Origin: Marsupella aquatica
Taxonomy: Eukaryota > Plantae > Marchantiophyta
Direction: 5' to 3'
NCBI GenBank assembly: GCA_973895155.1
Contig: OZ316894.1
Location: 25,666,709-25,730,708 of the forward strand
DNA: 64,000 nucleotides
Under the pieces are notes generated by a model. It ran no database searches. It was not told the origin of the DNA and saw only the letters and a program-made list of their open reading frames with translations. The position numbers were made by a program, and so were the translations under genes. Positions 25,244 through 37,585 of the stretch are shown here, piece by piece (positions within the stretch are counted from its first letter, which is position 1; each line of letters begins with the position of its first letter).

Positions 25244-28200
25244 ATGACCAACCTAGAGAAATTAACATTTCCAGCCCTAGACATCGATGGTAGCAACTAC
25301 CTGGAATGGTCAATGAACCTCAGAGAGAATCTTACCTCGCTAACCCTACTCCCAGCTATAGGAATAGCTCAACCTATACTAGCTGGCGAACCCCAACCAG
25401 ACCCGTTAACTAAAGCCAACGAATCTAAGGCCCTTGTATTCCTTAGACGCCATATCCATAGATTCCTACAAAGACAATACATGCACCTCTCAACCCCTCG
25501 TGAACTATGGACAGCGCTCCAAACCCGATTCGACCACCAAAAACTGGTTGAACTACCTAAAGCCAGGCAAGACTGGCTAAACCTGCAAGTCCAGGACTTT
25601 ACCTCTATTTCAGCCTACAATAGCGAACTCTTTAGAATAACATCAACCCTCGCACTATGTGGCGAGCCGGTCACAGACAAGGATCTGCTAGAGAAGACCT
25701 TGTCGACATTTCATTCATCGAATGTGTGGCTATCAACACAGTATCGAAACATGAAGTTCGGGCAATACTCCGAGCTCATAGCCCACCTCCTAGTCATCGA
25801 AAGAAACCAAGAACTTCTTTTAGTAAACTCTAGAAAATGACCTGCGGGCACACTGCCCCCAGGACAACAGAATGAAACCCATAACATAGAAAATGCTGAA
25901 CCCTCCACATCGAGGCAAGGCATTAAGCGCACTAAGAATGGCAACCGAAGAAACACCCACAATAGGGGGAGTTTCTATAACCAACGTCCACAATATAACT
26001 CCCAACGGACCTTTAGAGGACGTGGAGGACGTGGTGGACGAGAAGGACGTGAAGGACGAGGAGGACGTGGTGGACGCGGTGGACGTGGAGGACACGGCGG
26101 TGGAAGAACATATAACAACAACCGTGGAAACGATTGGTCACAATCCCGACAACAACGGGAACGACCGAAATGCCATGAATGTGGCATGACAAACCACCTA
26201 GCGAGAAACTGTAGAATCCCGCAACACCTTAGAGAACTATATCAACGGTCCATCCAGAATGGACAAACCTCTAGGGCACCACCCCGTGAAACCCACGGGA
26301 CGTTCATGGAGTCTAGTGACCCATTCCAAGACTTTTCAGACCTACCTGCCCAACCCGAGGCACACTTAGTGGCAAGTAGCTCCACTACACCAGATTTAAA
26401 TAGTCCAAGCACATGTATTATTGACAGTGCGACCACGCATACTATCCTCAGGGATAGACACCTTTTCCACAAGATTACACCCTCACGTAGATCCCTGACC
26501 ACTATAAATGGCCCTAGCCAAATAGAAGAAGGCTTCGGCCCAGCTTCCATTAGACTACCGCAGGGTACAGCGATTCACATAGAATCTGCCATTTTCGCCC
26601 CGAACGCAACCCGTAATCTCCTCAATTTTAGAGATATACGAGCAAATGGACTACATGTCCAGACGGGCGACACAAGAGACCAGGAAGTGATACACTTGGT
26701 TGAAAATACCCCTACGGGGAAAATTATTAAAGAAACCCTTTTCTCGTACCCCTGCGGGTTTTATGTAACTCATATTGAATGCCTGCATAACAATGCCAAC
26801 ACAAGCGAATTGCATACACTCTGGCATGCACGCCTCGGCCACCCCGGCCAATCAATGCTAACCAAAATCATTAAAAATTCAAGAGGCATTCCAATCAATA
26901 CACGCCACATTCCAGCGAGCACCCCATGCACTGCATGCTCACGCGGAAAATTAATAACAAGACCCACGACATCAAAATTGCCAACTAAAATACCCCAATT
27001 CTTGGAAATAATCCATGCAAATGTTTGCGGGCCGATTAACCCTCCGAGCGGACCTTTCCGCTACTTTATGGTATTAATTGACGCATCAACTAAATGGTCA
27101 AATGTGACCCTGCTTTCAACGAGGAACATGGTTATGCCTCACATTTTGGCGCAAATCTTGCGCGTGAAAGCACAATTCCCAGATCACCCCATTAAGACAC
27201 TAAGGGTGGACAATGCAGGGGAATTCACATCCGAAACATTTGACGACTTTTGCACATCACTTGGCATAGACGTACAATATCTTGTACCTCACGTGCATTT
27301 TCAGAACGGATTAGCTGAAGCGGTCATTAAACGCCTTCAGTTAATTGCATGCCCATTACTAATGCAGTCAAAACTCCCCGTCTCAGCATGGGAACATGCC
27401 ATATTACAGGCTAATGCATTAATCCAATACCGCCCATCGGCTTTTAATACCTATAGCCCATACCAAATTGCTAATGGTATTAAACTTGACCTATCCCACC
27501 TTCGTTCATTTGGATGCCAAGTAATGGTCCCCATTACTCCACCCAAACGAACCAAGATGGGACCCCAACGACAGTTAGGGATATACATCGGATTCGACTC
27601 TCCGTCCATAATTTGATATATGGAGCCTACAACTGGCAACGTCTTTAAATCTAGATTCTTAGATTGCCATTTCGATGAACATGTTTATCCACCGTTAGTA
27701 ACCCCTGAACACCCACAACCACCTTTGGAGTGGGAAAGACATTTGTCATTTTGGCAAGACCTTAGAACCAATCAAGGGGAGAAAGAAGTTCAACGAATTT
27801 TGCAACTCCACAAGATTGTGGAAGAACTTCCAGACGCTTTTGTCGATACATCACAAGTTACCCGCTCACATATTCCAGCTGCGAGAGCATCTGCTTGCAT
27901 TGAATTATCAAGTGCGCCAACAAATACATCCCAGTCTCGTGCCAAACGTGGCAGACCGTTGGGATCAAAGGATAAACAACCAAGAAGGCGTGGTTCATCT
28001 ATACCACCTTCACCTGATGTCGATCATACCGAATCCACAACTCATGAAGAGATTTCTATCCACTACGCACACACCGGTACGATGTGGGATAGAAATACTA
28101 CTTCAATAGATGATGCTTTTGCATTAATGGTGGCAACACATATCACTGATGATACACCCGAACCAATATCTATCTTAGAATGCCAAAACAGACCAGATTG

Positions 28201-29920
28201 GCCTGAATGGCAGAAAGCTATCAACGGAGAATTAGATTCCCTACTAAGCAGACACACGTTTGGCCCAGTCGAGCCAACACCACAAGACGTACACCTCATT
28301 GGCTACAAGTGGACATTCATCCGCAAAAGAAATGATAAAGGCCAAGTTGTACGCTACAAAGCACGCCTGGTAGGGAAAGGATTTATCCAAAAACCGGGAA
28401 TTCATTACGATGAAACTTACTCACCGGTTATGGATAGCACAACATTCCGATATCTTATCGGATTTGCCATTTTCCATCAACTACAAATGCGACAACTGGA
28501 TGTTGCGACCGCATATCTATATGGAATTTTAGACACTTGTCTATACATGCGATCACCTCCCGAGTTGGAGCAATGTTGCCAAGCTTTAGCTCAAGGCGCT
28601 AAATCGCATATTCCATATTTACATAAGATTATAAAACAATTATCTCAAGTTACACCTCATGTGTCATCTACACATGTAACTCATAATAATGACACCGCTG
28701 TGTCAACCGTACGGAATACTCGCCGCGGACTAGCTATCCGCGTGTTGAAGGCATTATATGGCCTGAAACAAAGTGGCAGAGTATGGTATCAAAGATTTAC
28801 TGATGAAATGATTACCATGGGTTTTACCCATGATGCCATTACACCATGTTTATTTATTAAACATATGGATGACGAATATGTCATCGTTTCTATCTATGTT
28901 GATGACTTAAACATATTTGGGACACCCCAAATTACCGAAGATACTATTACTCGTCTTAAATCAACATTTGAGATGAAAGACCTTGGACATACAAACTTTT
29001 GCCTAGGATTACAACTGGAGATCTTACCTACTGGCATGATGTTCCATCAAACCACACAAATCGAAAAGATCCTAAAACAGTTCAATATGAACCTAGCACA
29101 CCCATTGACGTCACCAATGGTTGTACGTTCATTAGAAAACACCACTGATGTTTTTCGCAAGCGCGAAGAACATGAACCAATTTTAGGACCAGAAACTCTG
29201 TATCTTTCTGCGATAGGAGCATTAATGTATCTAGCAAATCAGACACGACCAGACATTGCATTTGCAGTTAACTTACTAGCTAGACATAGTGCAACTCCCA
29301 CAGCCAGACACTGGAATGGAGTTAAGCACGTATTTAGATATCTACGTGGAACCACCGATCCCGGGTTATTTTACCCATTCGGTGCAAACCACGAGTTCAT
29401 AGGATATGCGGATGCCGGATATCTCTCCGACACTGATACCACAAAATCCCAAACTGGATACGTTTTTACCATAGGGGGTACTGCTTTTTCTTGGAAAAGC
29501 GTGAAACAGACCCTAACAGCAACCTCATCGAATCACTCAGAAATCTTAGCTCTACATGAGACTAGTCGTGAAGCCATTTGGTTACGATCCTTTATAAACC
29601 ACATCAACACCAAATGCGGCCTACCACCACTAACGAAGCCTACTAACATTTTTGAGGATAACGCAGCATGTATACAACAAATCACAAAAGGATTCATCAA
29701 AGGCGATCGCGTGAAGCATATAGCTCCAAAGTTTTTCTACACCCACGAGTTACATGGAAAAGAGATCAACATTCTGCAGATTTCAAGTGCAGACAACTGT
29801 GCGGATCTCTTCACCAAATCACTATCGCCATCAGTTCATCACCGACACTGCCAGGCGATTGGACTGCGGAGCGTGCGACGCATGATGACCGTGGAGGCTA
29901 TTGCTCCACATGATACCTGA
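25244..29920 (+). pseudogene. Copia gag-pol polyprotein, single frame, two premature TGA stops
   Basis: ORF-track pieces 25244, 26186 and 27620 share one frame, with stops at 25838-25840 and 27614-27616. Motifs: GSNYLEW gag, RGG tract, CHECGMTNHLARNC knuckle, IIDSATTH protease, LWHARLGHPG and RVDNAGEF integrase, DVATAYLYG/ALYGLKQSGR/YVDD RT, GYADAGY/ADLFTKSL RNase H. Confidence 0.93.
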
Positions 29921-30222
29921 TGACATGATGCTGACGACCTACTGTTGAGACAAATATTAAAACTAGATTTACTATAGCATCTGACTTTATTTAATATTGA
30001 CATTTATTACGACGAGGACTGTTAGGCTGCACTCTTTTTCCTTTAGCACTCATATTTTTCTCTGCTACATTGGTAGAGTTTTTACTAAGCTAGAGTTGAT
30101 AAAGGTTTTTTAACGAGGCAGTCTACCTCGCTTGTACTTATATCATGTATTTTCTATGAACATGATATAATAAGTATAGTCTATGTTGTCTACATAGTTG
30201 TCACTATATACCCAAAGGGGAA

Positions 30223-30336
30223 TGTTAGACTCTACCTGGTGACCGGACGACCGGATCAGCCAATCACCGGACCGACACCACTATATATACCAACCACCAC
30301 AGGCTATACATGATTCATTCCATTCATACTCTCACA
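30223..30336 (+). repeat. 3' LTR of copia element
   Basis: Direct repeat of the 5' LTR, preceded by the PPT and followed by TSD CTCGC. Confidence 0.95.
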
Positions 30337-33037
30337 CTCGCATTAATGTCCTGTTAGGATGAGGGCACTTTACTAAAAATAAAGAATCTCTCGCATTAAT
30401 GCCCTTAGTCTTCTTTGCCTTTGTTTGGGTTCTTTGTTTTTGTCTTTGTTCCTTAGCTGTTATGGGGGCTCCTTCCCTTGTTTGCCCTGTTTGGTCTTCC
30501 TGGGGCATTTTTCCCTTCCTTCCCCCCCCCCCCCGGCCCCATTGGGGCCCTGTCTCCCGGTTTGGCATATTTGCCTTTTCGCACTGATATATGATTGTGT
30601 ACAATAATAACCCCTCAAACTTGAACGAAAACACTCATATTTGGGGGCATCATGGTTCACAGTGCCCTGTTACCAGGACGTTTTTTGTCGTCCACCAGAG
30701 TACATCCCATTTCCCACAATGTTCTCGTGTTTTCATCCCCAGTTGGAAACGGTGCCGTCATACATAACCAGTTCTAGTCTGTTTTCTTTCGTTCAGCTCG
30801 TCGTCACCAGAATCTTCCCTTCCTCCCCCAGTCAAACGGCAATTGTCGTCCCTCGGCAAACAACATTCCTGACGCAGGAGCACCGCAGACGATCCGTAGT
30901 TTGCGCATGCACCGACGTTGGTTCTGTACAGTGCTCGGAAAAGGTGTACCTACACGGCCAATTAACGCATCGATTGATGCCGTGCGTCCAGATTTCATGA
31001 GAGTCTAAGTCAGTCCGCTCCTGCAGCAGCAACAGTAGCAGCAGGTGGCAGCAACGAGCTCCCCTCTTTGTAAGTACATCGCAGTGTAAAGCATCGACCG
31101 ACTCTCTAGCTCTCGCCTTTGTACCAGCCATCGGTACTTCTTTGCTCCAACTCGACGCAGACCCTACACCGACTAAATTCGCAAGCGCAAGTATTCCATA
31201 TCGAGGAGGAAGGAATTGATGGCCGATTTGAAGGCAGAACCAAAGTAGCCATGTTGTCGAAGAGCTGGCATTCCATCCATTAGTCGATTTCGTTTGGGAA
31301 ACAATAATCTAATCAGACTCATGCATGGCCGGGTAGATCCCTGAGCGGATACGTACCTCGGCTTGCGTGTTCATGCGCGTCTGCTCCATCTGACCTCGAC
31401 AATAGATCAGTCCAGAGCTAGCTGACCCGTAAATTTCCCAGAGATCTGCACTTTTCTCCGGTCGTACCTCATTCACTAGCTACGAATTCCAACGATTTAT
31501 AGATCCGCTCGTCGACCACTGCTCCACCGATAAACACTCTGCAATGCGTTTGTCTTGTCTGGACCGGTAGAGAGTCTACTGGGCAGAGATGCAAGTAGAG
31601 CTCTTCGATCCAAACCGGCGTTACGGTAGCGGATCTAACTGTCAGATATACAGGCCTATCTCTGCATGCGAACTTGTACAGACTTACTTTATCTGACTGC
31701 AGTAGCTGTCTAGAATGCTTCGGCGCATTTACCGATTTACGGCCTCTCTTGACTGACCCCGCACGTAGAGCACTGTCAATGGTTACGTAAGTTCAAAGCC
31801 TAGGCAGGTCAATGTTCGACGATGGCAGAAGAGGCTTTCTCTGTGGATCTTAGCAACCGGACCAAACAGTTAATTTAATTTCATCTTCATGGAAAAGGAC
31901 ACTAGACAATTCCGACGAGTGCTGTATTCACGGATCCAAAAGTAGAAACTTACCCCTGAATTCGAAGCTGAATCAACTCACCCCGGGGCTCTAATTTTGT
32001 TTTCAACGGAAGCGCATAGCAAATGCCAATCCGTGCAAACGGAGCAGGGGTTGAGGTAAACGAATCATCTGGGGATATGAATGCAGTAACATGATCAATT
32101 ATTCAAATTCTGGATCTGGGTCTTGGGCGAAAATCGAGATATATTGGAGCTAGCTCGGAGTCTCAAGCACTGCGATGTTGTTGACTAATATCAAGCTATC
32201 CAATAGGCAGACAAGCGCAGCCAGGGAGGCATTGTGAATGAAGACGTGACTTGAGATTCGATGGGACAGATCTGCCGATATATAGATCTAGCGAGGTCAA
32301 AGCACCTGCAACTTGCTCTCATGATCAACTTTCCAATGCAGCATCCAGACTTTATAATCTGAACCTATTATTGACGCATAAACATTGTCCCAACAATAAA
32401 ACTATCCAGGGTCGTTGAATCGTGAAAAAGACCTACAATTTGACTCGATCGAGCATGGAACATGCTTGGGAATGCATTCCAAAAGAGCGAAGTTCTAACT
32501 TGAGATTCATTGCGTAAGATTTCGGACCGATTTGAACACGTAAGACCGGTGCCGCCAAATTGTGTAGCTTGAATGATCTGAAAAGGATCTAGCGATATGA
32601 ACCATTATTGTGACTACAAAAGATCCATATTTTGATAAGTATATATGTCTTATATTCCAAAGTAGTTCTCGACTGGAACTGATAATGTCGATCAGCTCAG
32701 TCGTGGATCGATCGGTACTCGATTCGACTAATAAATTTCTACTAGCTATAATCGCTACAAGACTTCGAAGATATAAATTGACCGATCTACAGCTCAGACA
32801 AGCGGGGAACTGGTGCATAAATACTAAGCATGATGCACAGATTCGTTGATCGATCCATGATCTAGACATAAATCTCTATATTGTGAAATGACTCGATTTG
32901 TCTAGCTAGACCTGAGTACCAGTTCCGCCCCAGCAGGCCGGCATGGTCCAAACGGAAGATAACAAATGGAAGAATATTGTACAAGCCAACCTAAACATTA
33001 GATTTGTTGGCCAGCCTGCCAGCTACCGCTGAATTGA

Positions 33038-35929
33038 TCAAAATGTTAGCGCGGGGAGAACGGGAAGCTCGGTGGAGTGACCGTAATCAGGGTCCCACAT
33101 GTTAGAGCAGCTGGTGTTGCTGCCATTGCCCATGGTATCATTCATTGAGGAGATGGACGTGATCGGGTCCATGACCGGAATCTCATGTTCGTTCCCGATC
33201 GGTTGAAGGATCTCCATGTCCCAGATGCTCACCTCGTCGACGCTACTACAATTGGACATCATCCTGAGATAGTGGGCACTGTTGGTAGACGACGAGTGGT
33301 CTGCAGTGACCACTTCTTGGAATTGGAAGGAGTTTTGCTTGTCATCTGTGTCCCCGATATCCGTGAGCAAGAAAGAACTCAACTGCTGAATACTTTGTGT
33401 GCCAGTGCGTATGACCTCGGGTAATTGAGCATGTGCCTCCCATCCAGTGCTCGAAGTGAGTCCAGACTCGTACGATGACGGAGTTGACATTCCTGCATGT
33501 GTAACACAGATTAAAATTTAAGATCGAGTGAACACACATGCAAAATAAAAGAAAAAAATTAGCGACAACGCATAGAAATTTCTCTTTAAACTAGTTAATC
33601 AGCTAGTCCAGGATAGGGAAATTGACAGGTGAGTCCGAGCTGTAGGAGCTCGAGGGGATTTTGCGTTCAATGACAATGATGAGTTCCGATGGCCAAAACA
33701 GGCACGCAAACTAATTACCTTTGTCAAGTAAACATCCGCTGCTGGCGGTGGATTCGGATGTGATGCAGGGGCTTTCTCCAAAGGCACCACGCTGTTGCTG
33801 CTTTTGGTCCGAGAGTTGGAGCTCGAGATCCGAGTAGCTGCAGCTGTTGCTGAAATCTGCAATCATGTGGGAGCACTCTCTGTCTGCACACCCGACGCTG
33901 CAGCACTGCGGTAGAATGCTGACAGGAGAGCACGGGGAACCTAGCATGGATAGACTGTCCGTGCCACACTTGTCCATTGAGAAGCCGGAGCTGAGCGATC
34001 TGCTCGCAGGAAGAGGATCTGAAGCAGCGCAATGATGCTCTTTCAATTGAGGCAGGTGCATCATGTGCGAGTAATCGGGATACATCACGCTATCCCTCAG
34101 GAAGCTCTCCACAAGGGCCACTGATTTTTGATAGTTTTCGTCCCGTGTTGCGGCTGGAGTGCCACCGTTTGAGGATGCGTGATTGAAGGGCGAGGTAAGA
34201 GACTTGGGCTTCAATGCAGCAGCTGCATTAGCGGTTGATATGTGGAACAGCTGCGTGGGCAGTTGCGCAGGATTGAAATTGCACTGATCATTCGATTCAT
34301 CTTGCCCGTCGGCTTCGACGCCCGCTTGTAGCTGCTGCTGCTGTTGTTGCTGCTGCTGGCTCAAGGGTCGGTGTGTGTGCGGGTCGATTCCCATAGTCCG
34401 TAGCTTCTTCTTGAGATGAGTGTTCCAATAATTCTTGATTTCGTTGTCAGTTCTCCCTGGTAGGCGGCCAGCTATCAACGACCATCTGCAACGACGCAAG
34501 CATTTGAACTCATTATCATTTCGTGATGAAGGTGCGGACCGGGCTTCGTGCTGCAACCGTGTGTATATTATTATCCCTGCTACGTAGAGTCCTTAGAGGT
34601 ACACGGATTCAAACCATACAGTCTGCAAATTGGCTGGAGCGATCGAATTCGGATTTATATATGCTGATAATTCTAAACCTTCGGGCATCCGAGCGGCTTA
34701 GCGATTTACGGTGAATTCGTGAGGTACTGAGGGTACGTACGGGTCATTAATAAAAACAAAACGACACACACCTAGACGGCAGCAATGAGGAGGTTATCGT
34801 AGGTAATCTTGCGACATACCTGTTGCCAAGGAGAGTATGCAAGGTAATGATAAGCTGGTCCTCTTCCTCCGAGATGTTCCCGCGCTTAAGGTCAGGGCGG
34901 AGGTAGTTGATCCAACGCAGTCTGCAGCTCTTCCCGCAACGCAGAAGCCCTGTACACATGTACAATAATTCATTTTGCCAATGTTTCAGCTGCTCCAGGA
35001 AATTGGCGTTGCAATTGGAGTTGGTCGAATCACGTAACGAATCCATTCGCCAACGTATTACTCAGAAAACTGTTTATTCCTATAACATAAAATGATCATC
35101 CGGGAATTCGAAATTATGATGCTCGACGTATGATACTTTGTCGTTCCGGGAACTCACCATACCCGCAAGAGTTCTGGCGCGGTATGCGCAATCAGGGAGG
35201 CGAAGAAAATCGAATTAAAAGAAGTGAATTAGTGCACCCTAGTACGCCGTAATATTTAATCCAAAACCAAGAGGATCAGAATCGCTCAGTTCAAATTGTA
35301 TCTATTGCGCTATGTGCGCAGGTGCGTCAGCTGATTACAAGTATCTTTTTGAAGGCAGCAACCTTCTGATCCGTTCAGCGAGCCGTTCACTACGTGGCCA
35401 GGATGGTGATTAGTTCCTTGGGTATAAATTTGAATTCAGCGGGCATGGACGTACACTAGCAATTGCTTATACTTCACTTACTAAGTAGGCGATAATTAGA
35501 CACGGACTCCTTACTGAATTTAACCACGAAGAATCTCATGTTCTCTCAATTCTGAGAAACTGGCTTTCTGATCGATGAGTCCATAGAAGAATTCTAGAAA
35601 TTGTCGATCGTCATGATTGTCGCTAGAATTCAACTACCGAATTGGAAATTCAACGAACGAATGGACAACGCAGCGAATCACAAGCCGAACACCACGATCC
35701 TAGTACGTTCATGTATCTACGAGCCCTCCGGTTTTTCACAATTCGTTTCAATTGCTATACACGGATTATCCACCTATATGAGGCATCGGTATTCACCAGC
35801 AGATTTTGGAAGCGTTCGCCAACAGCCTTCGCCATGCTTCGTAATGTATTCTGTCAGCTTGAGATCCTCCTCCCTTGTCCACGGCCCTCTGTTGAGCCCT
35901 ACTTTCGCACAACACGGAGCTCGTCCCAT
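33038..35929 (-). CDS. R2R3-MYB transcription factor with GIDP motif, ~494 aa, 4 exons
   Basis: Exons 35929-35797 (133 nt), 34949-34820 (130 nt), 34485-33719, 33492-33038; 1485 nt in frame. [22 protein letters not shown]...[25 protein letters not shown]...[30 protein letters not shown], then [11 protein letters not shown] and polyQ. 133/130-nt first exons are typical of plant R2R3-MYBs. Confidence 0.93.
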
Positions 35930-37209
35930 GTTTATAGACTAGCAGAAGCGTGGCCCGCCCACCTAAAACGCAACGCAAGCCCCTAGAGAACTTTCCTTTC
36001 ACTTCTCCTCTATGTTGAATTCATCATACGACATATATCGAGTTTGTAAAACCCCCAAAAGCGCACTCTACAAGGCAAAGCACTTTCACATTCCTGCTCC
36101 TGCGCGCTTCTGCACAAGTCGTATCAAGTTTTCTGTTCTCTCGAGAGCGCCCTCATATAGACCGATCGAGAATCATCTCAGTCGCTCGCTTGAAGCTCCT
36201 GAGCGACAACTACCACAAGGCAAGTTAGTCGGTGCAACTCAGCGGACCCAGAGCGGTCTCTAAGCGGAACTGAGATATCCAGCCAGCGAGCCGTGCGCAC
36301 CTGAATGCTGAGGCAAGGAATGAACGGACGGCTCCACGACGGAAATCCATTACTGTAGTTCTTGGTACTCGCTCGATTCTGCATCCCCGACGAATGCCTC
36401 CAATGATTGCCGCAGATTTGCCTAACCGGTTCTGACCAACTAGAAATAAAGTGCTCTTGAATTGCGGTAGTAGATGTAGAAACACCGACTGGTTTCATTC
36501 TCCTGCAGACACAATTAATGCGTAAGTTTGTCCCTCTGTTTTGTGTACAGTATCGCAGCACCGTCTTATCTACAGCTTATTATTATCATCATCATGTAAT
36601 GAGGCGTAAAGCCGTAAAGGGGCGTTCATCCCTACATGCATGATGCATAGGCTACTGTACACCCTTTGTAATATTTAACAGCCACCGTCGGCCATGCCCC
36701 AAAGCTCACAATTTGATGGACTTTAACTAATAACATAAAAAGTTATGTTCTACCAAATTCATAACACATAGCTTTTGCCATAAAGATTTGTCCTGCCATG
36801 ACATGAACATAAGTCAATGTAGAGGCTAGTGAGACAATAAATTTAAAAAAAAACCTTGTGTAGTACCTTGTGAAAAATTTGTGGTCGTTTGTTTATGGCC
36901 AAAAATACATAACCATGTGAAAGAGGTCATTTGTTTATGGGCCAAAAGCTAAGCTATCCTCTGGAACTTCAACTTTGAAGCTCTGAGACAGCCTAATGCA
37001 CCAGTGGGGCACATCATGGTTCTGTACCAGTACGGAGTATGCCCATTGCCCACTCCCATGAGAGGAGCTCACAATCAATGACAACCTCAGCATAAACCTG
37101 CAAGGGGTGTCAAAGAGCTTATTTTTTCCTTTTTTGCCAGGGTGGCGAATGCTACATTGTGTGAAGGATATGATGCTAGTCATATTCGTTATGGACACCG
37201 TTCCCCAAG

Positions 37210-37585
37210 CACTGTTCACTGTAATTAGTCAATTAGTGTGACTAACACTAATTCGAAAGTGCCAATTATTAGCTTGATTTTCAGGCTCTACTCGCAAAGT
37301 AGTGTTAGTCACACTAGTTTTATGCTAACACTATTTCCACCCAGATAAATTAGTGTTATTGTGGACTCAAGATGGGAAACAATTATTTTGAAAAACACAC
37401 AAGAATTAGTGTTACTTTGGACTTGAGATCATCCATTTTATACTAGAAATTTAAACAAAAGTGGCAAAAAGTTTTCTAAAAAACTGACAAAAATTCGTCA
37501 GTGCTACTTGGACTCAAAATCACTTCTACCAACATTCGTGTTAGTAACACTAATTTTTGGATAACAGTAATTACAGTGAACAGTG
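37210..37585. mobile_element. Non-autonomous TIR element with CACTG ends and subterminal repeats
   Basis: Perfect 18-bp inverted repeat CACTGTTCACTGTAATTA (37210-37227)/TAATTACAGTGAACAGTG (37568-37585). Internal TTAGTGTTA/TAACACTAA and GGACT.AAGA repeats. No clear TSD. Confidence 0.65.

Larger units (their letters stand above)
23772..30336 (+). mobile_element. Full-length Ty1/copia LTR retrotransposon, Bianca-type
   Basis: 114-bp TG...CA LTRs at 23772-23885 and 30223-30336 (2 mismatches); 5-bp TSD CTCGC; PBS CGTTATCAGCACG at 23886; PPT AAAGGGGAA at 30214-30222; gag-PR-INT-RT-RH domain order. Confidence 0.96.

Noticed and set aside
32216-32240. Partial complementarity to miR408 (CAGCCAGGGAGGCATTG)
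   Set aside because: Needs a 3-nt gap; no hairpin and no transcript context on that strand.
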